From NCBI RefSeq assembly GCF_000189555.1, contig NC_017276.1: 64,000 bases of DNA; one strand, written 5' to 3'. Source of the stretch: Saccharolobus islandicus REY15A. GTDB lineage: Archaea; Thermoproteota; Thermoprotei_A; Sulfolobales; Sulfolobaceae. The translations under genes were made by a program, and so were the position numbers. A model generated the notes under the pieces. That model saw only the letters and a list, made by a program, of their open reading frames with translations. It was not told the origin of the DNA and did not search any database. The stretch's first letter is position 1. Each line of letters opens with the position of its first letter. Shown piece by piece: positions 45,324 to 58,720 of the stretch.

Positions 45324-45417
45324 TATAGGTGTGATGTAAGGTTGATTGGGTACGAAGTTTAATTTTTATAAACTTGTCAAGTTTAATAGGGTATGGTGAG
45401 TTGAATTATCCACCGTT

Positions 45418-48400
45418 ATTAAGCCTCTTACTGGTAATTATGATCCTAAGAAGATCGAAGACGAAATAATTTCATTTTGGGAAGAGAATAAAATTTACAA
45501 TAAATTAAGAGATATTGTAAGTAAAAGAAGGGAAAAGTTTCTGTTTATAGATGGCCCTCCATATCCTTCAAGCCCTACTCCTCATATAGGGACTATTTGG
45601 AATAAGGTAATAAAGGACTGTATATTGCGCTATGAAAGATTACTAGGTAAAAAAGTTCATGACCAACCAGGATATGATACACATGGATTACCTATAGAAG
45701 TTGCAACTGAAAGGCTACTTGGAATATTAAATAAGCAAGAGATTATAGATAAAATTGGAGTAGAGAATTTCATTAATAAATGCAAAGAGTTTGCGTTATC
45801 CAATGCGACTAAAATGACACAAAACTTTAAGGACGTTGGAGTCTTTATGGATTGGGAAAGGCCTTACTATACATTAGACCCTTCTTATATAAGCTCTTCA
45901 TGGAGCGTAATTAAGAAAGCTTATGAAAAAGGGATGTTAGATAAGGGTACCGCAGTATTACATTGGTGTCCTAGATGTGAAACAACTCTATCAGATTATG
46001 AAGTGTCGGAGTATAGGGATTTAGAGGATCCTTCGATCTATGTTAAGTTTAAGATTAAAGGAGAGGAAAATAGATACCTATTAATATGGACTACTACACC
46101 ATGGACTATACCATCTAATGTTTTTGTAATGGTAAATAAAGACTATGATTATGCTGATGTAGAGGTTAATGGTGAGGTACTAGTACTTGCAAAAGATCGT
46201 ATAGAGGCTGTTATGAAAGAGGCAAGTATAACTAATTATAAGGTACTCAGAACCTACAAAGGCAGTGAGTTAATAGGAGTAAAATACAAGCATCCCCTAA
46301 GAGATTTTGTTAGCGCACAAACTAAATTAGATGATTTTCATCAAGTTGTAGATGCTGGTAATGTAGTTACATTAACCGATGGTACCGGTCTTGTACATGC
46401 TGCCACTGGACATGGTGAAGAAGACTTCTTGATAGGTCAAAAATATGGCTTTCCAGTAGTAATGTTCGTTAATGATAGGGGAGAATTTACTGAAGAAGGT
46501 GGGAAATATAAAGGATTGAAAGTTAGAGACGCATCTAAGGTGATAATTAACGATCTGAAGTCGAAAAACGCTTTATTCTTCGAAGGGAAAATAGTTCACC
46601 GTTATCCAGTATGTTGGAGATGTAAGACTCCATTAGTACTTAGGGCTATTGATCAGTGGTTCATAAGAGTCACGAAAATAAAAGATGAAATGCTTAAGGA
46701 GATAGAGAATGTAAACTGGATTCCGGATTGGGGTAAATCCAGAATATCTAACATGGTTAAGGAGCTTAGAGATTGGGTTATAAGTAGGCAAAGGTTCTGG
46801 GGAACTCCTCTTCCTATATGGATTTGTGAAAAGTGCAATAATGTGATAGTAGTTGGAAGTAGAGAAGACTTAGAGAGTATAGCAATAGATTCAGTTCCTA
46901 ACGATTTACATAGACCGTGGATAGATAATGTAAGGGTAAAATGTAATAAGTGCGGTGGAGTTGCTAAGAGAATTGCTGATGTGGCAGACGTTTGGTTCGA
47001 TAGTGGTGTGGCTTTCTTTGCTAGTTTAGGTAAAGATTGGCAAGAGAAGTGGAAGGAGTTAGGTCCAGTAGATCTAGTTCTAGAAGGTCATGATCAGTTA
47101 AGGGGTTGGTTCTTTAGTTTGCTTAGATCTGGGTTAATATTGCTAGATAAAGCCCCCTATGTTTCTGTATTAGTTCATGGATTTATGCTAGACGAACAAG
47201 GTAGAGAAATGCATAAGAGTCTAGGCAATTATGTCGAACCTTCTGTAGTAATTCAAAGGTATGGAAGGGATATATTACGTTTATGGCTTCTCAGAAACAC
47301 TACATGGGAGGATGCAAGATTTTCATGGAGAGCGTTAGAGCTAACTAAAAGGGATTTGCAAATAATTTGGAACACTTACGTCTTTGCATCAATGTATATG
47401 AATTTGGATAACTTTGAACCCGTTAAGTATACTCTTGACGATGTTATAAAATATGCTAAGATAGAAGATTTATGGATACTATCGAGATTTAACTCAATGT
47501 TAAAGAAGGTAAATGAGTCAATGAAGAATTATAAGGTTCATGAAATGGCTAATTACTTGATAAACTTTCTAGTTGAAGATGTAAGCAGGTTTTACATAAG
47601 GTTAATAAGAAAAAGAGCGTGGATTGAAGCTAACACTCAGGATAAGATAGCAATGTATTATATTCTCTATTTCATATTAAAACAATGGATTATATTAGCA
47701 TCTACTATAATTCCGTTTATTTCAGAGAAAATTTATAAATCCTTTGTAGTTAATCCTAAGGAATCAGTATCAATGGAGTCTAGTATTAATTACGATGAGA
47801 GATTTATCGATAATGAATTAGAAAGAGCTTTTGAAGTTGCCAGGGAAATAAACGAGGCGTCGTTAAACGCTAGAGCTAAGGCTGGAATAAAATTAAGATG
47901 GCCATTGGCTAAGGTTTATATTTTCGTAGAAGATGAGGATACGTTGGCTAAGGTTAATAGAATAAAAGATGTCTTGTTATCTCTGCTAAACGCTAAAGAT
48001 ATAGAAATAAGTAAAATAGAAGGATTCAAAAGTTTCAGTAAATATAAGGTCGAGCCTAATAGGTCGATCATAGGTAAAGAGTATAAGAGTATGTCTCCTA
48101 AAATATTGGATTATATTAGAAATAATAGCGATATAATAGCTATAGACATACTTAATAAAAAACAGCACGTTGCTAGAATAGATAATGTTGATGTAATACT
48201 TAATACTTCGCACTTGATTATCTCAGAAGAGACTATTGAAGGTTATGTTTCATCTAAATTTGCTCAGGGTATAGTGGTCATAAGTAAGGAAATTTCCGAG
48301 AGTGAAGAGGAAGAGGGATTAGTTAGGGACATCATAAGGAGGATACAATTCATGAGAAAACAACTAAAACTGAATGTTGTAGATTATATTGAGATTAGTA

Positions 48401-48567
48401 TAAAGGCGCCAGAAGAAAGAGTAAAAACGATACAAAAATGGGAGGAATTTATTAAGAGTGAGACTAGGGGGAATAAGGTAATTTTAGGTGATCCTAAAGG
48501 GGATATCGTAATGGATTGGGATATAGAAGGAGAATCTTATATAATAGGGATAAAGAAGTCTACATGA
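45418..48567 (+). CDS. ileS: Isoleucyl-tRNA synthetase; true start lies upstream of the ORF-track TTG (45625) and is not ATG/GTG/TTG
   Basis: In-frame upstream segment encodes DGPPY and the HIGH-like PHIG; also GYDTHGLP, editing domain [14 protein letters not shown]. The ATT start at 45418 is inferred. Confidence 0.93.
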   Translation: MKPLTGNYDPKKIEDEIISFWEENKIYNKLRDIVSKRREKFLFIDGPPYPSSPTPHIGTIWNKVIKDCILRYERLLGKKVHDQPGYDTHGLPIEVATERLLGILNKQEIIDKIGVENFINKCKEFALSNATKMTQNFKDVGVFMDWERPYYTLDPSYISSSWSVIKKAYEKGMLDKGTAVLHWCPRCETTLSDYEVSEYRDLEDPSIYVKFKIKGEENRYLLIWTTTPWTIPSNVFVMVNKDYDYADVEVNGEVLVLAKDRIEAVMKEASITNYKVLRTYKGSELIGVKYKHPLRDFVSAQTKLDDFHQVVDAGNVVTLTDGTGLVHAATGHGEEDFLIGQKYGFPVVMFVNDRGEFTEEGGKYKGLKVRDASKVIINDLKSKNALFFEGKIVHRYPVCWRCKTPLVLRAIDQWFIRVTKIKDEMLKEIENVNWIPDWGKSRISNMVKELRDWVISRQRFWGTPLPIWICEKCNNVIVVGSREDLESIAIDSVPNDLHRPWIDNVRVKCNKCGGVAKRIADVADVWFDSGVAFFASLGKDWQEKWKELGPVDLVLEGHDQLRGWFFSLLRSGLILLDKAPYVSVLVHGFMLDEQGREMHKSLGNYVEPSVVIQRYGRDILRLWLLRNTTWEDARFSWRALELTKRDLQIIWNTYVFASMYMNLDNFEPVKYTLDDVIKYAKIEDLWILSRFNSMLKKVNESMKNYKVHEMANYLINFLVEDVSRFYIRLIRKRAWIEANTQDKIAMYYILYFILKQWIILASTIIPFISEKIYKSFVVNPKESVSMESSINYDERFIDNELERAFEVAREINEASLNARAKAGIKLRWPLAKVYIFVEDEDTLAKVNRIKDVLLSLLNAKDIEISKIEGFKSFSKYKVEPNRSIIGKEYKSMSPKILDYIRNNSDIIAIDILNKKQHVARIDNVDVILNTSHLIISEETIEGYVSSKFAQGIVVISKEISESEEEEGLVRDIIRRIQFMRKQLKLNVVDYIEISIKAPEERVKTIQKWEEFIKSETRGNKVILGDPKGDIVMDWDIEGESYIIGIKKST

Positions 48568-49313
48568 TGTTTCCTTTTCCACGCTATAAGCCCTTAAATG
48601 TTGTTCTTTTTTTGTCTATATTTGATATTGAAAATTCTCTTCTTGAAATTACGTTAAAACTTTCATTTATACTTAGAGTCACAAATACATTTAGAGTCAA
48701 TAAAATTTACTGGATAACAGATTCCGTAAATTCTACTAAATTAGAAAAAATAATTAAAGATATTACAAAATATGCTCTTTTACCTCCGTATCTTAAAAAA
48801 TATGTTCCTATAAGTCGTAATTTAAAGAAAGTTGGTTTAATGAGTCCCTTGGCAATACCATATCACCTTATTTTTAAACAAGTTGTTGAAGGCGAGATAA
48901 GATTAGGCTTTAAGGGTGATTTCGGTTTAAAAAAGAGAATAAATTCATCATCAAAGTCCATTCTGATTACTGACTCCCTAAAAGTTGGTTATATCGATTA
49001 TAGTGGTTTCTATTATAGCGGAGTTAAAAACGAGTTTGTAGACTTTAACAAGATACTCAACTTTGATAATCTTATAATTGCCAGTAGGAATGGAAAAAAT
49101 CCCTTAAAAGCAAAGGAAGAGTTGGCCAACTTGTACAGCAAATATGGCCTTACTTTGCTTATTGGACCACCAGCTGGAAATCTATTACAAAGGTTAGGTA
49201 AACAATATTTGGATAAGTCATATAACTTTGTTATTAAACAAGGAGTTTTAGATATAAGGGCGGAAGAGGCATTGGCTTATTCTCTGTCTATTCTAAACCT
49301 TCTGTTAAGTTAG
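48564..49313 (+). CDS. Putative SPOUT RNA methyltransferase (DUF171 type)
   Basis: PPYLKK, LKKVG.MSPL, IRAEEA; conserved position before rpl3; ATGA overlap with the ileS stop. Confidence 0.7.
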   Translation: MMFPFPRYKPLNVVLFLSIFDIENSLLEITLKLSFILRVTNTFRVNKIYWITDSVNSTKLEKIIKDITKYALLPPYLKKYVPISRNLKKVGLMSPLAIPYHLIFKQVVEGEIRLGFKGDFGLKKRINSSSKSILITDSLKVGYIDYSGFYYSGVKNEFVDFNKILNFDNLIIASRNGKNPLKAKEELANLYSKYGLTLLIGPPAGNLLQRLGKQYLDKSYNFVIKQGVLDIRAEEALAYSLSILNLLLS

Positions 49314-49363
49314 ATTTATAATGCTTGAGTGATAGGTGAAATAGCAATTAGCGGGGATTAAGA

Positions 49364-50419
<1,056 letters not shown>

Positions 50420-50425
50420 AAGTAA

Positions 50426-51229
50426 ATGTATTTAGAACTAGTTAAGAAAAACTCTGTGATTTTAGATAAAGATGGAAATAAGGTAAAAGAGGTAGAGTTA
50501 CCTTTCATTTTTTCGTTTCCGGTAAGAAAAGATATAATAAGAAGAGTATTTTTAGCAGAGTTTACACATTCTCTGCAACCAAAAGGCAGAGATCCTATGG
50601 CAGGCAAAAGAACATCAGCTGAGAGTTTTGGAATAAATCTAGGTATGGCCAGAGTTCCTAGAGTTAAAAACTCTGGAGAAGCTGCCTTAGCACCTAATAC
50701 CGTAGGTGGTAGGTTAACATTTCCGCCTTCGGTAGACAAAAAGCTTGTAGAAGAGGTGAACGATAAGGAGAAACAATTGGCAGTAATTAGTGCGTTAAGC
50801 GCTACAGCAGACACAGTTTTCGTTAAGGCTAGGGGACATGTATTTAAAGATTCAGTAAGTTTTCCTATAGTAGTAACTGACGATATTGTTAGTTTAAAAA
50901 CTGCAAGCGAGGTTGAAGAATTTTTAGAGAAGATAGGTGTTTATGATGATGTAAAGAGAGTAAAAGAGAGGATTAGGATAAGGGCTGGAAAGGGCAAAAT
51001 GAGGGGTAGAAAATATAAGGAACCAATAGGCCCACTAATAATAGTACACGACAGTAATTCTCCAATAGTTAAGGCAGCACGAAACATAGCTGGAGTTGAC
51101 GTAGTTAACGCTAAAGATGTAAGCGTTATTCATCTGGCTCCAGGTGCACATCCAGGCAGGCTTACTATTTATACTGAAACTAGCATAAAGATTTTAGATG
51201 AGCGATTGAGTAAGAGGTTGGTGAGTTAG
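50426..51229 (+). CDS. rpl4: 50S ribosomal protein L4
   Basis: [25 protein letters not shown]. Confidence 0.97.
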   Translation: MYLELVKKNSVILDKDGNKVKEVELPFIFSFPVRKDIIRRVFLAEFTHSLQPKGRDPMAGKRTSAESFGINLGMARVPRVKNSGEAALAPNTVGGRLTFPPSVDKKLVEEVNDKEKQLAVISALSATADTVFVKARGHVFKDSVSFPIVVTDDIVSLKTASEVEEFLEKIGVYDDVKRVKERIRIRAGKGKMRGRKYKEPIGPLIIVHDSNSPIVKAARNIAGVDVVNAKDVSVIHLAPGAHPGRLTIYTETSIKILDERLSKRLVS

Positions 51230-51230
51230 A

Positions 51231-51476
51231 ATGATTCAAATGGCTTTAGCTACAGAGAAAGCATTAAAACTTATTGAGTCCTATAATACACTTACATTAA
51301 TAGTAGATAAGAGTGATACAAGGGATGACATTAAGAAATCTGTTGAGAGATTATTTAGTGTTAAGGTGGTAAAAGTTAACGTAGTTATAACACCTCAAGG
51401 TTACAAGAAGGCATATGTAAAATTAGCACCAGAATATAAAGCAAGTGATATAGCCCACAGATTGGGCATTTTGTGA
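51231..51476 (+). CDS. rpl23: 50S ribosomal protein L23
   Basis: TEKA, KVN, KKAYVKL. Confidence 0.95.
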   Translation: MIQMALATEKALKLIESYNTLTLIVDKSDTRDDIKKSVERLFSVKVVKVNVVITPQGYKKAYVKLAPEYKASDIAHRLGIL

Positions 51477-51487
51477 GGTGATATAGA

Positions 51488-52204
51488 ATGGGTAAGAATT
51501 TATTACAGCAGAGGGCGGGAAAAGGTTCTCCAACTTTTAGGAGTCCAAGTTGGCTACGAATAGGTAAGGTAAGGTATCCTAACATATTTGGACATCTTGT
51601 AGGCAAGGTAATAGACATAGTGCATAATCCAGGGATGAATGCGCCTGTTGCTATCATAAAATTAGAGAACGGAACCAAGTTTTTAACGCAAGCAATTCAA
51701 GGTTTGGTTATTAACCAGAAGATCGAATTCGGTAAAGGATCTCCAATAGCTAATGGTAATGTTATAGAGATAGGTGATGCGCCAGAAGGTACAATAGTAT
51801 GTAATGTTGAAGAAAATTTTGGAGACGGAGGCAAATACGCTAGAAGTGCTGGTTCATATGCAGTAGTAGTAGGCAAGAGCGGTGATAAGGTGTTAATTAA
51901 ATTACCTTCAGATAAGATAAAAGCAGTTTCGAATAAGGCTAGAGCTACCGTTGGTGTAGTGGCTGGTGGTGGAGTTGTAGAAAAACCACTATTGAAGGCT
52001 GGAGCTAATTATTGGAAGTATAAAGTAAAGGCTAAGAAATGGCCTATTGTAAGGGGAGTTGCAATGAATGTAGTCGATCATCCTCATGGTGGTGGGCTAC
52101 ATCAGAGTGTAAGCAGACCTTCTACGGTATCTAGAAATGCTCCTCCAGGTAGAAAAGTTGGTCATATTGCGGCAAGGAGAACAGGGAGGAAGGAGGGTAA
52201 GTGA
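51488..52204 (+). CDS. rpl2: 50S ribosomal protein L2
   Basis: GK...[18 protein letters not shown]. Confidence 0.97.
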   Translation: MGKNLLQQRAGKGSPTFRSPSWLRIGKVRYPNIFGHLVGKVIDIVHNPGMNAPVAIIKLENGTKFLTQAIQGLVINQKIEFGKGSPIANGNVIEIGDAPEGTIVCNVEENFGDGGKYARSAGSYAVVVGKSGDKVLIKLPSDKIKAVSNKARATVGVVAGGGVVEKPLLKAGANYWKYKVKAKKWPIVRGVAMNVVDHPHGGGLHQSVSRPSTVSRNAPPGRKVGHIAARRTGRKEGK

Positions 52205-52240
52205 ATTTTATAAATGAAAAGGGGGAATAGGTGAAATTAG

Positions 52241-52663
52241 ATGTCATTAGAAATACCACCTGAATGGAAGAACTTTAAATACAGAGGTAAGAGTATAGAT
52301 GAGTTACTAAATATGCCAATGGATGAGTTTATTAAGTTACTACCTTCAAGGCAAAGGAGATCATTAAAACGTGGATTTACTGATGCACAAAGGCACTTGC
52401 TGGAAAAAATAAGGAAATATAGAAGAGAAGGAAAGGTTAATAAGACCATAAAGACGCATGTCAGAAACTTAGTTATATTGCCAGAGCTAATTGGTCTTAA
52501 GATGGCTGTCTATAATGGCAAGGAATTTGTTGAATTTACAGTTACGCCAGAAATGATAGGTCATTACTTGGGAGAGTATTCAATAACCACTAAGAAGGTT
52601 GAACATGGAGAACCAGGGTTAAAGGCTACAAGGTCAAGTTTATTCTTAGCAATGAAAGGATGA
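52241..52663 (+). CDS. rps19: 30S ribosomal protein S19
   Basis: [13 protein letters not shown]. Confidence 0.97.
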   Translation: MSLEIPPEWKNFKYRGKSIDELLNMPMDEFIKLLPSRQRRSLKRGFTDAQRHLLEKIRKYRREGKVNKTIKTHVRNLVILPELIGLKMAVYNGKEFVEFTVTPEMIGHYLGEYSITTKKVEHGEPGLKATRSSLFLAMKG

Positions 52664-52669
52664 TCAGCT

Positions 52670-53143
52670 ATGGCAAGTTGGAATTATCCTCAATTAAATC
52701 TTGATGAGTTGAAAATTGCAAAAGCTGTGATAAGAGATGTTCCTGCATCCATAAGAGATCTTTATAATGTTTGCAAAGCTATTAGAGGAATGTATCTTAA
52801 TGATGCGAAAGATTTTCTAAACAGAGTTTTAGAAGAAAAGGAAGCCCTACCATTCTGGAGATATAATAAGGGTGCATCACATAAAGCTAATATATCTGCT
52901 AAATGGAAAATAAAGGCTGGTAGATATCCAAAGAAAGCTATAAGGCAAGTGTTAAAGTTGTTAGAAAACGCTGAGGCTAATGCAACTAATAAAGGGCTGG
53001 ATATCGATAAATTAATTATAAGGCATATAGCTGCCCACAAGGGTATAACATTAGAAAGATATATGCCCAGAGCATTTGGGAGGGCTACTGCAAAGTACAG
53101 AAGGACATCTAATGTAGAGGTAATCTTGGAGGAGGTGGAGTAA
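52670..53143 (+). CDS. rpl22: 50S ribosomal protein L22
   Basis: GRYPKKA, PRAFGRA. Confidence 0.97.
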   Translation: MASWNYPQLNLDELKIAKAVIRDVPASIRDLYNVCKAIRGMYLNDAKDFLNRVLEEKEALPFWRYNKGASHKANISAKWKIKAGRYPKKAIRQVLKLLENAEANATNKGLDIDKLIIRHIAAHKGITLERYMPRAFGRATAKYRRTSNVEVILEEVE

Positions 53144-53144
53144 G

Positions 53145-53834
53145 ATACCAAACATCAAGAGATATTTCCTTGAGAAGTCTATAGTGAAAGTCAAGATTGA
53201 TGAGTATCTAGCTAAGCAATACTATAATGCTGAGTATGCAGGAGTAGAGGTATTGAAGACTCCAATTGGAACTAGGGTTATAATATATGCAGGAAGACCT
53301 TCAATGATTATAGGAAGGGGTGGAAGAAATATAAAACAGCTTGCACAAATCTTCGAAAAAGTTTTTGGGTTAGAGAATCCACAAATTACAATAACGAATG
53401 TGGAGAACCCGGAGCTCAATGCTAGAGTAATGGCATTTAGGTTGGCGATAGCTTTAGAAAAGGGATATCACTTTAGGAGAGCCGCTTTCATATCAATGAG
53501 AAGAATTATGAATGCCGGTGCATTAGGTGCGGAAATAATAATAAGCGGCAAGCTTACTACGGAAAGGGCAAGATATGAGAAGTTAAAGGAGGGTATTGTG
53601 TATAAGAGCGGGCAACAATTAGAGAAGATGATAGATAGAGCAATTGCTATAGCGATGTTAAAGCCTGGAATATTTGGTGTCGAGGTAGTTATAACTAAAC
53701 CACTGAAGATTGAAGATAAAATCAGTTTGAAAGAGTCTCCTTCCGTTCCTCAAGAGGTATCAGTAACTAATGTAACTTTTATTGAAGAATCCTCACAAAA
53801 GAGTGAGGAGAAAGGTGAGGGTGAGAAAGAATGA
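53145..53834 (+). CDS. rps3: 30S ribosomal protein S3; probable ATA start
   Basis: GGAGGTG SD at 53131-53137, 7 nt before an in-frame ATA; the extension [12 protein letters not shown] precedes the GTG at 53184; KH motif IIGRGG. Confidence 0.93.
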   Translation: MPNIKRYFLEKSIVKVKIDEYLAKQYYNAEYAGVEVLKTPIGTRVIIYAGRPSMIIGRGGRNIKQLAQIFEKVFGLENPQITITNVENPELNARVMAFRLAIALEKGYHFRRAAFISMRRIMNAGALGAEIIISGKLTTERARYEKLKEGIVYKSGQQLEKMIDRAIAIAMLKPGIFGVEVVITKPLKIEDKISLKESPSVPQEVSVTNVTFIEESSQKSEEKGEGEKE

Positions 53835-54058
53835 CGGTAGATCTTGAAGAGTTAAGGAAAATGGAAAAAGGAGAGTTGTTAAAAAAGGTGGATGAGCTAA
53901 GATTGGAATTAATGAAACTTAGAGTGCAAGCTAGAATGGGAACTTTAAAGAACACTGCAAGCATTAGAAACACAAGAAAAGACATAGCAAGAATATTAAC
54001 AGTTTTAAGTGAAAAGAAGAGAGAAGGTAAAGGAAAAGCAAAAGTGGAGAATAAATAA
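53831..54058 (+). CDS. rpl29: 50S ribosomal protein L29
   Basis: [13 protein letters not shown]. Confidence 0.96.
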   Translation: MTVDLEELRKMEKGELLKKVDELRLELMKLRVQARMGTLKNTASIRNTRKDIARILTVLSEKKREGKGKAKVENK

Positions 54059-54071
54059 TTTTATATGTTTT

Positions 54072-54311
54072 ATGATTTTGGATTATATTAATTCTAAAAT
54101 AAGGATTTTATGGTACACGGATCCTTCTCTAATTTCTAGAGAAGGTCTAATTTTACTAGAGACAGAAAAAACATTTTTGATTAGGTTAAGGGGGAAAAAC
54201 AAGGTTATAAGGATATTTAAAGCTCATGGTATATTTGAGATAACTTTTAAAGGTAAGTCTTTTATAATAGCTGGCTATAGGCTGGTAAGAAAACCTTGGA
54301 GAAGAATTTAG
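54072..54311 (+). CDS. rnp1: RNase P protein Rpp29/Pop4
   Basis: G.IL.ETEKTF, IFEI, P.RR; conserved position between rpl29 and rps17. Confidence 0.8.
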   Translation: MILDYINSKIRILWYTDPSLISREGLILLETEKTFLIRLRGKNKVIRIFKAHGIFEITFKGKSFIIAGYRLVRKPWRRI

Positions 54312-54320
54312 GTGAGCTAG

Positions 54321-54665
54321 ATGGGATCTAAGGGGAAGATGGTAAAGGACCCGGGAATACCTAATGTTGTTATTCCCGAGAAGGCATGCGAAGATGAAGA
54401 TTGCCCTTATCATGGATCATTGAGAGTTAGGGGCATTACACTGGAAGGAGTAATTGTAAAGTATAAAGGTACTAAAGCTGCAGTTATAGAAAGGCAATAC
54501 TTATACTATGACTCGAAATATAAGAGATATGAAAGGAGAAGGAGTAGGATACATGCTCATGTACCACCGTGTGTTAACGTTAGAGAGGGGGATAAAGTTA
54601 TAATTGGCGAATGCAGACCTCTTTCTAAATCTATAAGTTTTGTGGTATTAAGCAAGGTGAGTTAA
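54321..54665 (+). CDS. rps17: 30S ribosomal protein S17
   Basis: [16 protein letters not shown]. Confidence 0.97.
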   Translation: MGSKGKMVKDPGIPNVVIPEKACEDEDCPYHGSLRVRGITLEGVIVKYKGTKAAVIERQYLYYDSKYKRYERRRSRIHAHVPPCVNVREGDKVIIGECRPLSKSISFVVLSKVS

Positions 54666-54666
54666 A

Positions 54667-55083
54667 GTGTCAGAAAAGATTCAAGTTTTAGGATCCAGAA
54701 AAGGTTTAACGCCAAGTCTCCAGCATTATTCAGTAGTTAACGTTGCTGATAATAGTGGAGCAAAAGAAGCTATGATAATTGGAGTGTATGGTTATAGAGG
54801 TGTTCTGAGAAGAGTTCCATTTGCCAATATTGCCGATATGGTTATGGTCTCAGTTAAGAGAGGAACACCAGAGGTTAGAAAACAGAAATTTAGGGCAGTA
54901 ATCGTGAGACAAAGAATGCCATATAGAAGACCAGATGGTACATGGATCTCCTTTGAAGATAATGCAGTAGTCATAATAAACCCAGACGGAACACCAAAAG
55001 GTACTGAAGTTAGGGGTCCAATAGCAAGAGAAGCAGCTGAAAGATGGCCAAAAATAGCAAGTCTTGCTACATTGGTGGTGTAG
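54667..55083 (+). CDS. rpl14: 50S ribosomal protein L14
   Basis: ADNSGA, FEDNA.V, GPIARE. Confidence 0.97.
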   Translation: MSEKIQVLGSRKGLTPSLQHYSVVNVADNSGAKEAMIIGVYGYRGVLRRVPFANIADMVMVSVKRGTPEVRKQKFRAVIVRQRMPYRRPDGTWISFEDNAVVIINPDGTPKGTEVRGPIAREAAERWPKIASLATLVV

Positions 55084-55088
55084 GAAAT

Positions 55089-55448
55089 ATGGTATCTCTT
55101 AAACCTTCTAAACAGAGGAGATTATTACACACTTTACCATTACATCAAAGGAAGAAGTTGTTGATTGCTAAAGTCTCTGATGAGATTGCCTCTCAATATG
55201 GTATAAAACGTATTAGAGTGAGAAAAGGTGATACTGTTAGGGTAATGCGGGGAAGTCATAATGGAAAGGAAGGGAAGGTAACTGAAATTAATACTAGGAC
55301 TGGAAGATTAGCAATAGAAGGGATAACGAGAAAAAAAGCTGATGGAACACCAGTATATTTGTGGATTCACGCATCTAAAGTAATGATAACTAAGCTAGAT
55401 CTGAGTGATCCAAGAAGGAGAGAAAAGTTAGAAAAATCTAAGAAGTGA
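55089..55448 (+). CDS. rpl24: 50S ribosomal protein L24
   Basis: KPSKQR, KGD.V.VMRG, IHASKV; start at the ATG at 55089. Confidence 0.96.
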   Translation: MVSLKPSKQRRLLHTLPLHQRKKLLIAKVSDEIASQYGIKRIRVRKGDTVRVMRGSHNGKEGKVTEINTRTGRLAIEGITRKKADGTPVYLWIHASKVMITKLDLSDPRRREKLEKSKK

Positions 55449-55454
55449 TGAAAA

Positions 55455-56174
55455 ATGGCTCACATAACAAGATTTGAAACACCTTGGTTTTTAGTAATAA
55501 GCAAAAAACAATATAAGTGGACGGTTAGACCTAATGCTGGACCTCACCCTATAGAGAAAAGTATACCTTTGGCTGTTGTAATTAGGGATTATCTTAAACT
55601 TGCGGAAACGGTAAGAGAGGCTAAGCATATAATATTTGACGGTAAAGTTTTAGTAGATGGCAAGGTAAGGAAAGACTATAAATACCCTGTTGGTCTTATG
55701 GACATTGTTTCAATTCCCTCCGCTGATCTATATTTTAGAGTTATTCCTGATAACGTTAGGTTTATGAGGTTATCCAAGATATCCGCAGATGAGGCTCATT
55801 ATAAGTACGTTAGGATCATGAATAAAACTACAGTAAAGGGAGGTAGTATTCAGCTTAATTTAGAGGATGGAAGAAATATCCTAGTCGATAAAGAAACTGC
55901 AAAGAGTTTCAAAACGCTTATGACATTAAAGATTGAGTTACCAAGCCAAAATATAGTGGATTCATTCATTATCTCTGAAGGCTCATATGCAATCTTTGTA
56001 GGCGGTAAGAACGTCGGTATTCACGGTGTTGTTAAAAATATAAATTTGAGTAAGTTTAAGTCTAGAAAATATAGTGTGATAACACTAGAAAGCAAAGATG
56101 GTAATACTTATCAGACTAATCTCATGAATGTGATGAGTATAGGTAGGGAAAAATCTGACATGAGAGTTGATTAA
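55455..56174 (+). CDS. rps4e: 30S ribosomal protein S4e
   Basis: [19 protein letters not shown]. Confidence 0.97.
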   Translation: MAHITRFETPWFLVISKKQYKWTVRPNAGPHPIEKSIPLAVVIRDYLKLAETVREAKHIIFDGKVLVDGKVRKDYKYPVGLMDIVSIPSADLYFRVIPDNVRFMRLSKISADEAHYKYVRIMNKTTVKGGSIQLNLEDGRNILVDKETAKSFKTLMTLKIELPSQNIVDSFIISEGSYAIFVGGKNVGIHGVVKNINLSKFKSRKYSVITLESKDGNTYQTNLMNVMSIGREKSDMRVD

Positions 56175-56175
56175 A

Positions 56176-56715
56176 ATGACAGAGTCTACTTTATCTGTTA
56201 ATCAAAATCCAATGAGGAAAGTTAAGTTAGCCAAGGTTACTGTTAATATAGGACTTGGTGAATCTGGAGATAGGTTACAAAAAGCTTATCAACTTTTACA
56301 AGAGTTAACTGGAGCTAAACCAGTATATACTATTTCCAAGAAAACTATAAGGGAGTTTGGAATTAGAAAAGGTCAAGAAATTGGAGTTAAGGTGACCTTA
56401 AGGGGTACTCAAGCTGAAGGATTCTTAAGAAAGGTTTTAGAAGCTATAGGATATAGATTAAAGAAAAGTAGTTTTGATGAATATGGTAACGTATCTTTTG
56501 GGATTGCGGAACATGTGATCTTACCAGGTGCAAGATATGATCCAGAAATAGGTATATTCGGCATGGATATAGCTATCACTCTCGAGAGAGCTGGCTATAG
56601 GATTTCGAGACGAAGAAGAAAAAAGACTAGAATTCCAAGGAGGCATAGGGTTACGAAGGAAGAAGCTATGGAATTTTTAAGAAATAATTTTAATGTACAG
56701 TTGGTAGAAGGGTGA
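56176..56715 (+). CDS. rpl5: 50S ribosomal protein L5
   Basis: NPMR, KVTVN, FGIRK, FGI.EH, GMD. Confidence 0.97.
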   Translation: MTESTLSVNQNPMRKVKLAKVTVNIGLGESGDRLQKAYQLLQELTGAKPVYTISKKTIREFGIRKGQEIGVKVTLRGTQAEGFLRKVLEAIGYRLKKSSFDEYGNVSFGIAEHVILPGARYDPEIGIFGMDIAITLERAGYRISRRRRKKTRIPRRHRVTKEEAMEFLRNNFNVQLVEG

Positions 56716-56720
56716 ATGAA

Positions 56721-56885
56721 ATGGGAAAATACAAGCCTCCAGCCGAGAGAAAATATGGTAAAGGAGTTCAAGCTTGCCAGAGATGTGGAAGTAGGGATTC
56801 TGTAATTCAAAAATATGGGATTTATTTATGTAGACAATGTTTTAGAGAAGTCGCGTATGAGTTAGGGTTTAGGAAGTATTGGTGA
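56721..56885 (+). CDS. rps14: 30S ribosomal protein S14 (54 aa, below the track cutoff)
   Basis: Translated by hand: MGKYKPPAERKYGKGVQACQRCGSRDSVIQKYGIYLCRQCFREVAYELGFRKYW*. Confidence 0.96.
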   Translation: MGKYKPPAERKYGKGVQACQRCGSRDSVIQKYGIYLCRQCFREVAYELGFRKYW

Positions 56886-56891
56886 TAGGTT

Positions 56892-57293
56892 ATGGTATTC
56901 GTAAATCCGTTGGCAAATGCGTTAACGTCTATCTACAACAATGAGATGAGAAGGAATAAACAAGCTATTATAATGCCAGCATCTAAATTGGTAATAAATG
57001 TTTTAAGAGTTATGCAGAAGGAGGGTTATGTAGGAGAATTTGAGTATATTGATGATGGTAGATGGGGCAAGATTACAGTACAGTTGTTAGGAAGAGTTAA
57101 CAAGTGTGGACCAATAACTCCACGATATCCTCTTAGTTATAGACAGATGATTGCATTACCAGATTATATCAGGCGTTACTTACCATCAAAAGAGATTGGT
57201 ATAATTATTGTTTCGACATCTAAAGGAGTAATGTCTCATAAAGAAGCAGCTAGAATGCGACTAGGAGGAGTAGCATTGGGATATGTATATTGA
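56892..57293 (+). CDS. rps8: 30S ribosomal protein S8
   Basis: [22 protein letters not shown]. Confidence 0.97.
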   Translation: MVFVNPLANALTSIYNNEMRRNKQAIIMPASKLVINVLRVMQKEGYVGEFEYIDDGRWGKITVQLLGRVNKCGPITPRYPLSYRQMIALPDYIRRYLPSKEIGIIIVSTSKGVMSHKEAARMRLGGVALGYVY

Positions 57294-57304
57294 GGTGATT
57301 TTTA

Positions 57305-57850
57305 ATGCAGATAGTAATTTTAAGGGAAGAGATTGAAATTCCGAGCAATGTAAATGTTGATTTAAAAGACTCAGTAATTAAGATGAAAGGACCTAAAGGT
57401 GAAGTAGTCAAAGATTTCAGCTTTGCTAGGGGTATACAAATTAGTTTAGATGGAAATAAGATAGTGTTAGAAACTACATTTGCTAATAGACGAAAAAAGG
57501 CGGCCTTCTATAGTATAGTTAGTCATATCAAAAATATGATAACTGGAGTAACTAAGGGTTATAGGTATTATCTTAAAATTATATATACTCACTTTCCAAC
57601 ATCTGTAAAGGTAGTAGGGAACGAAGTTCAAATAACTAATCTAATAGGTGAAAAGAATATAAGGAGGGCGCCAATACTACAGGGCGTTAAGGTTACTGTG
57701 AAAGGTGAAGATATAGTTGTGGAGGGCCCGAATTTAGATGCTGTTGCCCAAACTGCAGCAAATATTGAAGCAGCTTCAAAGATAACTGGTTTTGATAGAC
57801 GTATCTTCTCGGATGGAATTTTCATCTATAAAAAAGAGGTGGTTGAATGA
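57305..57850 (+). CDS. rpl6: 50S ribosomal protein L6
   Basis: KGPKG, HFP, DRRIF.DGIFI. Confidence 0.97.
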   Translation: MQIVILREEIEIPSNVNVDLKDSVIKMKGPKGEVVKDFSFARGIQISLDGNKIVLETTFANRRKKAAFYSIVSHIKNMITGVTKGYRYYLKIIYTHFPTSVKVVGNEVQITNLIGEKNIRRAPILQGVKVTVKGEDIVVEGPNLDAVAQTAANIEAASKITGFDRRIFSDGIFIYKKEVVE

Positions 57851-58263
57851 CCGAAGAAAAAATACAGTCATATAGGAAAAAGATTTATGTAATAAGGCAA
57901 AAGCTTAAGGCAAAGAAGCCAAGGTTCTTACGTTATGATTCCGACAAGTTCTTCAGATTAGGAAGACAGGAAAAATGGAGAAGACCCTACGGAAGAGATA
58001 ATAAGACTAGATTAAAAGTTAGGGGATTTCCTGCTATAGTAAGTGTTGGTTACAGACTGCCTAAAGAAGTTAGGGGATTTCATCCAAGTGGATTAAAGCA
58101 AGTTATAGTTCATAATGTTAACGATCTAGTTAAAGTGCAAAATCAAAAAGACAGTGTTATTGTAACAATAGCTTCTTCAGTTGGTTTTAAAAAGAGGCTT
58201 GAAATTCTAAATAAAGCTAGGGAATTGGGTTTGAAGGTAAGTAATGAGGGTGTCAGTGCATGA
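57847..58263 (+). CDS. rpl32e: 50S ribosomal protein L32e
   Basis: KPRF.R, WRRP.G, GY, HPSG. Confidence 0.96.
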   Translation: MTEEKIQSYRKKIYVIRQKLKAKKPRFLRYDSDKFFRLGRQEKWRRPYGRDNKTRLKVRGFPAIVSVGYRLPKEVRGFHPSGLKQVIVHNVNDLVKVQNQKDSVIVTIASSVGFKKRLEILNKARELGLKVSNEGVSA

Positions 58264-58718
58264 CTAACTTGAAAGCTCAAAAAAGGCTAGCAGCATCGGT
58301 TGCAAGGGTAGGAATAAGCAGAGTTAAGATTGTTGAGGATTATATTGAGGACGTTCAAAGTGCACTAACCAGAGAAGAAATTAGGAATTTGATAAAGGAT
58401 GGTAAGATTATAATCCTTAAAAAGGTTGGAATAAGCGACGGTAGATTAAAGGAGAGAAGAAAAAAGAAGAGCCTTAAGAGTGAAGGGAAAAAGGCAGGAA
58501 GTAGAAAAGGCAAGAAGGGAGCAAGGGCAAATAGCAAACGAATGTGGGTTAAGAGGATAAGAAAAATAAGGGCTTATCTTAAATGGTTGAGAGATCATAA
58601 GGTTATTGATAGTCATACTTATAGGGAATTATACTTAAAAGCCAAGGGTGGCAACTATAAGGGAGTTTCAGATGTTAGGAACGTCTTAATACAGATGGGG
58701 AAATTAAGAGGTGAGTAA
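58260..58718 (+). CDS. rpl19e: 50S ribosomal protein L19e
   Basis: QKRLAA, GSRKG..GAR, WVKRIR. Confidence 0.96.
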   Translation: MTNLKAQKRLAASVARVGISRVKIVEDYIEDVQSALTREEIRNLIKDGKIIILKKVGISDGRLKERRKKKSLKSEGKKAGSRKGKKGARANSKRMWVKRIRKIRAYLKWLRDHKVIDSHTYRELYLKAKGGNYKGVSDVRNVLIQMGKLRGE

Positions 58719-58720
58719 AT

